From assembly GCA_963849325.1 (NCBI GenBank), contig CAWKHF010000002.1:896001-960000 (forward strand): a stretch of 64,000 nucleotides of DNA, written 5' to 3'. Position 1 is the stretch's first letter. Every line of letters starts with the position of its first letter. The notes below the pieces were generated by a model. The model did no database searches. It was not told the DNA's origin and saw only the letters and a list, made by a program, of their open reading frames with translations. The translations under genes were made by a program, and so were the position numbers. Shown piece by piece: positions 1-7,976 of the stretch. The DNA is from an uncultured Planctomycetota bacterium. GTDB taxonomy: Bacteria; Planctomycetota; Planctomycetia; Gemmatales; Gemmataceae.

Positions 1-639
1 GACCGCCGCGACTGGCCGGCCGGTCAGCGTCGCCTCAATCGGGACATCGCTCCCCGCCTTCAGGATGTGATCGCCGGGCTTTACCGCCAACCGCGTGTAG
101 TGGGTCGGCACGAGCAACAGGCGCAGGGCGGCGGTTCGCAGTTCCTCGTTGCCGAGAAGCAGGACGAGATACACCATCGCCAATCCGGCCAGGGCGGTGC
201 CAAGCCAGCGCAGGGAACGCCAGGGAATCAGAGCGCGGAAATCGAGTTCCCTGGTGCGTCGCGTGGTATCCGTGGCGAGGGCGTCGATTAACTCCGCCGA
301 GGCGGGGGAAAGATTCGAGGCCGGCTCCGTGTATTCGAGTGTGGTGCGGACGCGCTGCCCGAGTTGAGGAAAAGCCGTCTCCGCTTCCGCCGCCGCATCC
401 TGACGACGGAACCTTGGCCCGTTCACCACCAGACGACCGAGCAAGATCACCGTCACTACAGCGAGGCTCAGCAAACCGACCGTCCGAACGCCGGTGTTGA
501 GTACCCATAGCCAGTCGGCGGCGGCCAGCAAGCCGGCCAATATCAGGACGATCAGGGCAACGCGGAGCAGGCAGCGCGTCCGGCCAAAGCGCTCCATGTC
601 CCGGCGAGTCGTCTCCAATTTCTCGACTAGAACGTGCAT
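1..639 (-). CDS. Partial membrane protein (N-terminal part; DUF4175-like planctomycete protein), continues beyond the window; MoxR operon member
   Basis: Not in the ORF track. ATG at 639 with GAGGAG upstream; reads MHVLVEKLETTRRDMERFGRTRCLLRVALIVLILAGLLAAADWLWVL... with two hydrophobic segments and an ..ETAFPQLGQRVRTTLEY.. motif. Confidence 0.7.
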   Translation of the reverse strand, partial: MHVLVEKLETTRRDMERFGRTRCLLRVALIVLILAGLLAAADWLWVLNTGVRTVGLLSLAVVTVILLGRLVVNGPRFRRQDAAAEAETAFPQLGQRVRTTLEYTEPASNLSPASAELIDALATDTTRRTRELDFRALIPWRSLRWLGTALAGLAMVYLVLLLGNEELRTAALRLLLVPTHYTRLAVKPGDHILKAGSDVPIEATLTGRPVAAV

Positions 640-653
640 CGGCTAGACTCCTC

Positions 654-750
654 GAAGAATTTCACCACGGATTACACGGATAACACGGATAAAAAACAAG
701 CCGATCTTCTTTTATCCGTGTTATCCGTGTAATCCGTGGTGAAATTCTTC
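654..750. repeat. Perfect 41-bp inverted repeat built from tandem 9-nt ACACGGAT(A/T) units (MITE/REP-like)
   Basis: Arms 654-694 and 710-750 are exact reverse complements. Confidence 0.9.
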
Positions 751-765
751 CTCCTCCCATCATGC

Positions 766-2721
766 TCAGGCGTGGGTCCGGTTGGCGAGAAAAATCTCGA
801 TGACCAGGGCCAGAAACAGGCCCCAAACCACATAGACCCATAACTCATCCGGGCGCTGACTTCCAGCCGGGACAGCACTCGCCGCATCCGCCCGCTGTTG
901 TTTCTCGCCGCCGTCCGGCTCGGCCAGATGGAACAGCTCGCGGAATTGCCGCACTGTGAAGCGCTCGCTTTCAGATTCGGCCGCGTCGAGATTGCGGACC
1001 ACGACGGCGCGGCCGGATGGGGTGATCCCCGGTGGGTTCTCGCGGCCGGGGCCGGTATCCGCGACCCGGACGCGCTGGTTCTCCGGCAGACGCTCGGCGA
1101 GATAACCGACCAGCTGATGCACCAAAGGGACGTAGAGGCGGCTTTGCGGCCAGTTGCCCCAATCGCGGTCGGCGGCGGTGGCGACGAGCAGGATGGTGCC
1201 GTCGCCCAGCCGAGATTCCACGATCAGCGGTTCGCCGCCGCTCGTGGCGGCCAGCACCTTCGAGCCGCCCCTCGGCTTGAGCCGGGTGATGTGCAGAAAA
1301 GCGAGGCGGCGCAAGTCTCCCTGCTGCGGGTCGGACAGCGGACGGAAAATCGGATGCTCCTTGTCCCAGGTGGCGAAGGGGAACCAATCGGGTCCGGCCG
1401 TTCCTTCGAGGACGGTCGGGACGAGGCCGGCTGCTCGCAACAGTTCGTAACCTTCCGGCCGGACGCGCCCGCCCGTGAAGATGAGCACACCGCCGCCCGC
1501 CGATACAAAATCGCGCAGCTTCCTGACGTCCGGCTCAGCAAGGCCAGGCACATTACACAACACCACCACGCGATAGCGCTTCAGCTCATCCAGGAACGCT
1601 CCGTCTCTCCACGCGAGGCGGATCGGCTCGTAGGAGGTGAGCGATGGCCCCTTGTCCGGCAGACGTAGACGCAGGGCCGCTTCCAGGTAGTACGTCTCAT
1701 TCGTGTACACCGTGCGCCCTGGCTCGCCGTCCACCAGCAGTACACGGTCGGACGCGCGCGCCTCGAAGGCCAGCCAGCGCCGATCATCCAGCGGGAAATC
1801 ATCGCCGCCGACGACCTCTACGAAGCCGGTGTACAGGCCGGCCTGGGAGATCGACACGGAGAAGCGAACCTCCTCGACGGAAACCGAATCGACCGGAAGG
1901 ACTTTCACCTGCTCAACCTTGTCGGCACCTTCGAGCATCAGACGAACGCGGACGTCTCGGATCGGAAAAGGGCTTGTGTTGCGCACCTGAGCGACGACGA
2001 CAATTGGCTCGCCGAGACGAAGGAGCGTTTGCGGCGCCTCGGCCCGCACGACGGCCAGGTTTCGCAGGGACGGTTTACCGACCTCCACCACCGTCACGGG
2101 GATGTCGGGGAGACCCTGCGAATCGTCGGCGCGCAGCCCGGCGCGTTGCAGATCGCTGAACAGAAAGATTTGCCGCCGACGGCGCGGCGACAGCACGAGT
2201 TGATCGCGCGCCCAGCGGATCGCTTGGGAATAGTCCGTCCCAGCGTATCCCGCCTGACGGGCGGGATCGATACGAGCCTCGGCGGCCGGCTGCACGCCGC
2301 CGGCATCGAAATAGGCCAGGTGGACCGCCGTTTGTTCGGGCAGTTCCTTGAGGACTTTCGCGGCGGCCTGCTGGGCCAGGGTGAAGAACGTGCGCCCCGA
2401 CGGAGCGACGCTCATGCTCGCCGACTGGTCGATGAGGAGAATCACTTCATGGTCTCGGCCGTCGTCTCCCGCGCCCTTGAGATAAGGCCGAGCGAACAGC
2501 AGCGCGAGCAGCAGGACGATGGCCGTTCGCAGAGCCAGCAGCAGCCAGCGCCGCAGCTTTCGCCGCCGCGTACTGTCCTGGAGGACGCGCTGAAGGAAGC
2601 GTATTGAACCGATCTCCACCCTCCGCGCTCGCGGCCGCAGCAGCAGATGGAGGGCGATCGGCACCGCCACCGCCGCGGTCGCGGCCAGAAAGCCCAGGTG
2701 GATGAGTCCAAGTCCCGTCAT
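766..2721 (-). CDS. BatA N-terminal + vWA domain membrane protein
   Basis: N-terminal AVPIALHLL..GSIRFL..LLALR BatA motif, LLIDQSASM MIDAS, C-terminal TM; downstream of DUF58/MoxR. Confidence 0.9.
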   Translation of the reverse strand: MTGLGLIHLGFLAATAAVAVPIALHLLLRPRARRVEIGSIRFLQRVLQDSTRRRKLRRWLLLALRTAIVLLLALLFARPYLKGAGDDGRDHEVILLIDQSASMSVAPSGRTFFTLAQQAAAKVLKELPEQTAVHLAYFDAGGVQPAAEARIDPARQAGYAGTDYSQAIRWARDQLVLSPRRRRQIFLFSDLQRAGLRADDSQGLPDIPVTVVEVGKPSLRNLAVVRAEAPQTLLRLGEPIVVVAQVRNTSPFPIRDVRVRLMLEGADKVEQVKVLPVDSVSVEEVRFSVSISQAGLYTGFVEVVGGDDFPLDDRRWLAFEARASDRVLLVDGEPGRTVYTNETYYLEAALRLRLPDKGPSLTSYEPIRLAWRDGAFLDELKRYRVVVLCNVPGLAEPDVRKLRDFVSAGGGVLIFTGGRVRPEGYELLRAAGLVPTVLEGTAGPDWFPFATWDKEHPIFRPLSDPQQGDLRRLAFLHITRLKPRGGSKVLAATSGGEPLIVESRLGDGTILLVATAADRDWGNWPQSRLYVPLVHQLVGYLAERLPENQRVRVADTGPGRENPPGITPSGRAVVVRNLDAAESESERFTVRQFRELFHLAEPDGGEKQQRADAASAVPAGSQRPDELWVYVVWGLFLALVIEIFLANRTHA

Positions 2722-2725
2722 GATC

Positions 2726-3634
2726 TCAGTACTGTTGCGACCGCCGGGCCAGGTAATCGTACAGTGCCTGCGCCAACGGTTGATCCGTCGTCAAGGCCAC
2801 GCGCTCGATGTCGCGCGTCCGGCAGCCCTGCTCGACCTCCTCGAACCAACGACCCAGCGCCGCCTCGTAAGCCGGATGAATGTCCTCCGCCTGCGCCACC
2901 ACTTCCGCGCCCGTCTCCAAGTCGTGAAATCGAATCGCTCCCTCCACGGGCAGCCAGCGCTCCAGGGGATCAAGCACCTGGAAGAGAAGGACATCATGGC
3001 CCAGGAAGCGGAAGTGATCGAGTGCGGCGAAAAGCTCGACTGAATCGTAAAACAGATCGCTGACGAGCACCACCATGCCGCGTCGGGGCATCAACTCCGC
3101 GACCTCGTGCAGCACCCGCGCCGACTCGACCCGTGTTTGCAGCGGCGTGCGTGTGAGGACTTCGAGGACGGCTTCGAGTTGATTGGACTTGGCCCGAGGC
3201 TTGAGGTGGTCCAGGATGCCGCCCGCGAACAGGGTCAGCCCCACGGCGTCGCGCTGCGTCAGGGCCAGGTGGGCCAGCGCCGCGGCCAGGCAGGTGGCGT
3301 AGTGCTGCTTGCTCAGTCCGCCGCTGCGCGTGGTCATCGACCCGCTCCAATCGACCAGCAGGTGCAGGTCGAGGTTGGTCTCGGCGTCGTACTGCTTGAC
3401 GTAGAGACGGTCGTGCCGGCCATAGAGCTTCCAGTTGAGGTGGCGCAGGTCGTCGCCGGGCAGGTACTCGCGGTGCGAGGCGAACTCGACGGAGAAGCCG
3501 ACGTAGGGGCTGCGGTGCAAGCCCTGCAAGAAGCCCTCCACCGCCGTCCGCGCGATCAGCTCCAGATCCTCCAGCGTGGCGAAGAACGCGGGATCGATCA
3601 GCGGGCCGGCGGCGCGGTCGAGATCGAGCTTCAT
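2726..3634 (-). CDS. DUF58 domain protein
   Basis: GLHRSPYVGFSVEFASHREYLPGDDLRHLNWKLYGR motif. Confidence 0.95.
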   Translation of the reverse strand: MKLDLDRAAGPLIDPAFFATLEDLELIARTAVEGFLQGLHRSPYVGFSVEFASHREYLPGDDLRHLNWKLYGRHDRLYVKQYDAETNLDLHLLVDWSGSMTTRSGGLSKQHYATCLAAALAHLALTQRDAVGLTLFAGGILDHLKPRAKSNQLEAVLEVLTRTPLQTRVESARVLHEVAELMPRRGMVVLVSDLFYDSVELFAALDHFRFLGHDVLLFQVLDPLERWLPVEGAIRFHDLETGAEVVAQAEDIHPAYEAALGRWFEEVEQGCRTRDIERVALTTDQPLAQALYDYLARRSQQY

Positions 3635-4641
3635 TTCTCGTGTACCGTCTCGAGGAGCCGTTGGATGAGGGCGTCGGCGTCCACGCCCTCGGCGCGGGCG
3701 TGGAAGTTCAGCACCAGCCGGTGCCGCAGGACCGGCACGGCCACCGCACGAACATCGGCGAAATCGACGTGGAACTGGCCGCGCAGGATCGCCCGCGCCT
3801 TCGCCCCCAGGATCAGGTATTGCGAGGCGCGCGGGCTGGCGCCGTAGCGCACAAATCGATGGATGGCGTCATTCTTCGCTCCGTAGCCGGGCCGCGAAGC
3901 TCCGGCCAGATGGACGGCGTAGCGCACCACCGCGTCGGCGACCGGCACGCCGCGCACCAGCTCCTGCAGGCGCACGACCTCGGCGGCGGCCAGCACCGGC
4001 GACACGTCTGTCTGGACGTTCGCCGTGGTGTTCTTGACGATGGACACCTCCTCGTCGGGCGTCGGATACGTCACCGGCACGTTGAACATGAAGCGGTCGA
4101 GCTGCGCCTCCGGCAGCGGATACGTCCCTTCCTGCTCGATCGGGTTCTGCGTGGCGACCACGAAGAACGGCGGTTCGAGCGGATAGGTCCGCCGGCCGAC
4201 CGACACCTCCCGCTCCTGCATCGCCTGGAGCAGAGCAGCCTGCGTCTTGGGCGGAGCGCGGTTGATCTCGTCGGCCAGCAGGAAGTTGGTGAACAGCGGG
4301 CCGGGGAAGAATTCGAGCTTGCGCCGCCCGCTTTCGGGGTCTTCCTCGATGATGTCGGTCCCGGTGATGTCGGACGGCATCAGGTCGGGCGTGAACTGGA
4401 TACGGCGATAGTCCATGTCCAGGGCGCGGGCCAGCGTCCGGGCCATGAGCGTCTTGCCCAGCCCCGGCACGCCGAGCAGCAGGACGTGGCCGCGCCACAG
4501 CAGGGCGATCAGCAGATCTTCGACCACGGCATCCTGACCGACGACGAGCTTGGCGATTTCCGTCTTGAGCTTGACGTGGGCCTCGGCCAGTCGGGCGACG
4601 GCGGCAGACCCTTCGCGCTCGGAGGTTTGCTTGGGAGTCAA
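3631..4641 (-). CDS. moxR: MoxR family AAA+ ATPase
   Basis: GVPGLGKT Walker A, RIQFTPDLMPSD, LLADEINR, ATQNPIEQEGTYPLPEAQLDRF. Confidence 0.95.
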   Translation of the reverse strand: MTPKQTSEREGSAAVARLAEAHVKLKTEIAKLVVGQDAVVEDLLIALLWRGHVLLLGVPGLGKTLMARTLARALDMDYRRIQFTPDLMPSDITGTDIIEEDPESGRRKLEFFPGPLFTNFLLADEINRAPPKTQAALLQAMQEREVSVGRRTYPLEPPFFVVATQNPIEQEGTYPLPEAQLDRFMFNVPVTYPTPDEEVSIVKNTTANVQTDVSPVLAAAEVVRLQELVRGVPVADAVVRYAVHLAGASRPGYGAKNDAIHRFVRYGASPRASQYLILGAKARAILRGQFHVDFADVRAVAVPVLRHRLVLNFHARAEGVDADALIQRLLETVHEK

Positions 4642-4659
4642 GGACGAATCCTCGTTGGG

Positions 4660-4730
4660 AAGAGTGGTTAGTGGCTAGTGGCGAGGGAAGACGCTGCTTC
4701 TTCCCTCGCCACTAGCCACTAACCACTCTT
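4660..4730. repeat. Perfect 32-bp inverted repeat with 7-nt tandem units (AGTGG(C/T)T)
   Basis: 4660-4691 vs 4699-4730 exact reverse complements; overlaps the stop codon of the upstream gene. Confidence 0.9.
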
Positions 4731-5582
4731 TGGCCGCGTTTGCACCGGCAAGAAGGTCCGAGCCGCGCGAGCACCGTCGGCCGTCGGCTTTTTCCCCTTC
4801 TCGCCGTCCACAATCGGTTCCTCCGTGCCGCTGCCGTCGCCGTCATCGTCGAGTTGGGCATGTTCGGTCGGCGTGCGTTTGTCGGCGGCGAAACGAGCCT
4901 CGACCTCAGCGACTGTGCGTCGATACAACTCTAGCACGGAAACCTTGCCGTCCTTGTCGGCTTCGAGGCGTTCGACGGGGAGTTTCGTCGCGGCGGCCAG
5001 CGCCTCGGGGAACTCGGTTTCGTTGAACTCCTCGTCCGCCGCCGTGGCCGTGATGACGATGCGGCCCCGGACGGACAACGACCGCAAGAACCAACCCGAC
5101 GCCAACGTCGTGATCCAGAAGACCTGCTCTCGACACTCGATTCCGGCGAACAGTTTGCCGAGTTGGTCCTCGTGCAAGTCCGGGCCGGGGAGGTGAAACG
5201 AAGCGTGCTCCCCATCGTAGTTGCCGTGACCGAGCAGGAAGACCCACAGCCGATCCTCCCGGCCGAGCGCCCGTTTGAGGTCGGCTACCTCGCGTTCAAT
5301 TGCCGCTCGCTCGGCGGACCCTTTCGCCAGGCCGGCCTTGCCCGCCCGCCCGAAGAGGATGCGGACGTCGGCGGGAGCGAAGCCGAGCGTATCGGTCAAC
5401 CAGGTGCGCCATTGCCGGCTGATGTCGGCGAAGCGTTTCTCATGCTCGGCGTCGCCGGGCAATCCGACCACGATCAGGGCATGACTTTTTCCGGGCCGCG
5501 CACCCGGTGTCTCGGCTTGCGGCGCAGTTCCCATGCCGAGCACAGCCAGCGCCAGCGCAATGCCAACCAGGAGAAGCCTCAT
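4719..5582 (-). CDS. Exported protein with caspase/legumain-like fold, probably inactive
   Basis: Signal peptide MRLLLVGIALALAVLG; VFLLGHG motif, ITTLASG at the expected Cys site, RIVITATA, DKDGKVSVLE. Confidence 0.6.
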   Translation of the reverse strand: MRLLLVGIALALAVLGMGTAPQAETPGARPGKSHALIVVGLPGDAEHEKRFADISRQWRTWLTDTLGFAPADVRILFGRAGKAGLAKGSAERAAIEREVADLKRALGREDRLWVFLLGHGNYDGEHASFHLPGPDLHEDQLGKLFAGIECREQVFWITTLASGWFLRSLSVRGRIVITATAADEEFNETEFPEALAAATKLPVERLEADKDGKVSVLELYRRTVAEVEARFAADKRTPTEHAQLDDDGDGSGTEEPIVDGEKGKKPTADGARAARTFLPVQTRPKSG

Positions 5583-5874
5583 GGTTTGCTCCGTCTCCGT
5601 GCAGGTCGTGGCCCCGTTTCTCGTTGAACTCCCGTCCTTCTTGTAGCACCAAGGGAGGGGGCGGTAAACACAAAACTCCGCTGAAGCCAAAAGGGGAGCG
5701 GCCGATTTTTCGATAACCTTGTGCTTGCCTTCTCGGATCGTCTCGTTTATCCTGCCAGCCGGACGCGCCGAGGCGCCATCGTCTGGACGTTCCCCGACGC
5801 CAACCCAAACCTACCTGCCTCGGACAGCACTCACCCGATCACTCGCACTCCCACCAACCTTCGGAGGTCTACCC

Positions 5875-7155
5875 ATGAACCTTCCGCGCTTCCGCTCCCG
5901 CGGCGCTCGTTCCCTCTCTCTCCTCGTCTCGCTGGTCACCGCTCTCTTTTTGTCTGCCTCCAGCGCGGGTCTGGCCGGCAACTGGCCCGCCTGGCGCGGA
6001 TCGACCGGTGCCGGCTACAGCGACGAGACCGACCTGCCCCTCACCTGGGGCGGCAAGAGCGACGACAACGTCCTGTGGAAGGTGGACCTCAAGGGCAAGA
6101 GTTTTTCCAGCCCCATCGTTTGGGGCGATCGCGTCTTCCTCACCAACGCGCCGCGGCAGTCCGATGCCAACGTCAAGAACAAGATCGTCCCGGAGCACTG
6201 GGTCCTCTGCTACGACGCCGCCGACGGCAAGGAATTATGGCGCACGACCGTCCCTCATGGCGATTTCGCCGACGGTTATTACACCATCCCAACCCCCGCG
6301 ACCGATGGCAAACGAGTCTATGTCTGGTTCGGCTCGGGCGTGATGGCCGCGCTGGATTTCGACGGCAAGATCGTCTGGCGGCGTGAGATCTCGGGGCCGT
6401 ACCACGTCTATCCCGGCGTCAGCAGCAGTCCGCTTCTGTACAAGGACGCCGTTCTCCTCCTCTGCGACCAGGGCAAGGAATCGTTCCTTCTCGCCCTGGA
6501 CAAAAAGAGTGGGGAAGTGAAGTGGGAGAAGAAACGGCCCAAGATCAGCGGTAGCACCAACAGCAGCCCGATCCTCATGCCGGTCCACGGCAAGACACAG
6601 ATGATGGTCGCCACCGCCAAGGTTCTCCAGGGCGTGGACCCGGACAGCGGGGAAGTCCTGTGGTGGTGCGGCAAGGATGGCGGTTACTGGACGTCGCTGA
6701 CCTACGGCTCCGGCCTGGTCTATACCGACAGCGGCGGAGGCCGCGGTGTCGCCGTCGATCCGAGCGGCGAGGGGGACATCAGCAAGAGTTCGGTCAAATG
6801 GACGCACAACAAGGTGCCCGAGGGTCTCGGCTGCCCCCTCATCGTCGGCGATTACCTTTACCGCGTCCACAAACCCGGCGTGCTCAAGTGCTGGAAGCTG
6901 TCCAGCGGCGAACAGGTCTATGACGAGCGGTTAGAGAACCTTTCCTTCCTGGCCAGCCCCATTGCGACGCCGGACGGGCGCATCTACATCGCCAGCCCGC
7001 GCCGCAGTTACGTTCTCAAGGCCGGCCCCAAACTGGAAGTGCTGGCGACGAATAGTCTCAAGGATGGCGGAGACGATGGCCCTTCCCCCGCCGTGGCGAA
7101 CGGGCGCATCTTTCTGAAGACGACCGGCCGACTCTACTGTATCGGCAAGAAGTGA
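5875..7155 (+). CDS. PQQ-binding-like beta-propeller repeat protein (exported)
   Basis: Signal peptide, NWPAWRG, SSPIVWGDRVF, repeated G..W propeller motifs. Confidence 0.9.
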   Translation: MNLPRFRSRGARSLSLLVSLVTALFLSASSAGLAGNWPAWRGSTGAGYSDETDLPLTWGGKSDDNVLWKVDLKGKSFSSPIVWGDRVFLTNAPRQSDANVKNKIVPEHWVLCYDAADGKELWRTTVPHGDFADGYYTIPTPATDGKRVYVWFGSGVMAALDFDGKIVWRREISGPYHVYPGVSSSPLLYKDAVLLLCDQGKESFLLALDKKSGEVKWEKKRPKISGSTNSSPILMPVHGKTQMMVATAKVLQGVDPDSGEVLWWCGKDGGYWTSLTYGSGLVYTDSGGGRGVAVDPSGEGDISKSSVKWTHNKVPEGLGCPLIVGDYLYRVHKPGVLKCWKLSSGEQVYDERLENLSFLASPIATPDGRIYIASPRRSYVLKAGPKLEVLATNSLKDGGDDGPSPAVANGRIFLKTTGRLYCIGKK

Positions 7156-7427
7156 CGGCGACTACGAGCGGGACGCCCGCGCTCTGGAGCGCGGAACGTC
7201 CTGCCCGCAGGACAAACGAGGGCTGTCCCTCAGATTCGTCCTTGCTAGAATAGCCCCTCACTCACTTCCTCCCGCACTCGCCGGGAGGACGCTTCTCCTC
7301 CACCCGCCTGCAACGACGCAGCGCCGGCCCGAATCGCCCGGACGGACGTTCCGCCGAGCGGAGGAGATTGCGCCATGGCATCCGCGGCTCGCAAACGCGA
7401 GCCGACCTTCGATGAGAGGAGATCGAT

Positions 7428-7967
7428 GTGGCACCTTCCACGAAAACCGCCCTGCCGCACGTGAGCGAATTACCGATCCCGCTGGAGAGGGACGTCTTCC
7501 TGCGCACGCTGATCCGGGAGTTGGCCGGGACGCTTCAGGATGTGGTCGGACTGGAGGAAGCGTCCGGCTTCGTCAGCGTCGTCGGCCAAAAAGTCGGCGA
7601 CTGGATCAACGACCAATACAAAGCCGCCCTGGACGTGTCGAACCTGACGCGGCGGCAGGTCGCCGATGTGCTGGTGGACTTGAAGCGGCGCATCCAGGGC
7701 GATTTCTACGTCATCGAGGAGAGCGACGACAAGATCGTGCTGGGCAACCGGGCCTGTCCGTTCGCCAACAAGGTCGCCGGCCGGCCGGCCCTGTGCATGA
7801 TGACGTCCAACGTCTTCGGCGTCGTCGCCGCCGAGAACCTGGGCTATGCCAAGGTCGTCCTCGAAGAAACCATCGCCCGAGGGGATGCCGGTTGCCGGGT
7901 CGTCATCCATCTGAAAGCGACGCCGGGTGCGGAAAAGGCGAAAGGCCGGGAATACTTCAAGGGGTAG
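7428..7967 (+). CDS. Methanogen output domain 1 (MetOD1; V4R-like) protein
   Basis: [68 protein letters not shown]. Confidence 0.8.
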   Translation: MAPSTKTALPHVSELPIPLERDVFLRTLIRELAGTLQDVVGLEEASGFVSVVGQKVGDWINDQYKAALDVSNLTRRQVADVLVDLKRRIQGDFYVIEESDDKIVLGNRACPFANKVAGRPALCMMTSNVFGVVAAENLGYAKVVLEETIARGDAGCRVVIHLKATPGAEKAKGREYFKG

Positions 7968-7976
7968 CCGACCGAC

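Noticed and set aside
654-750. Possible CRISPR array (also considered for 50568-50695 and 55796-55910)
   Set aside because: The units are 9-nt tandem repeats or just two copies, with no unique spacers and no cas genes in the window
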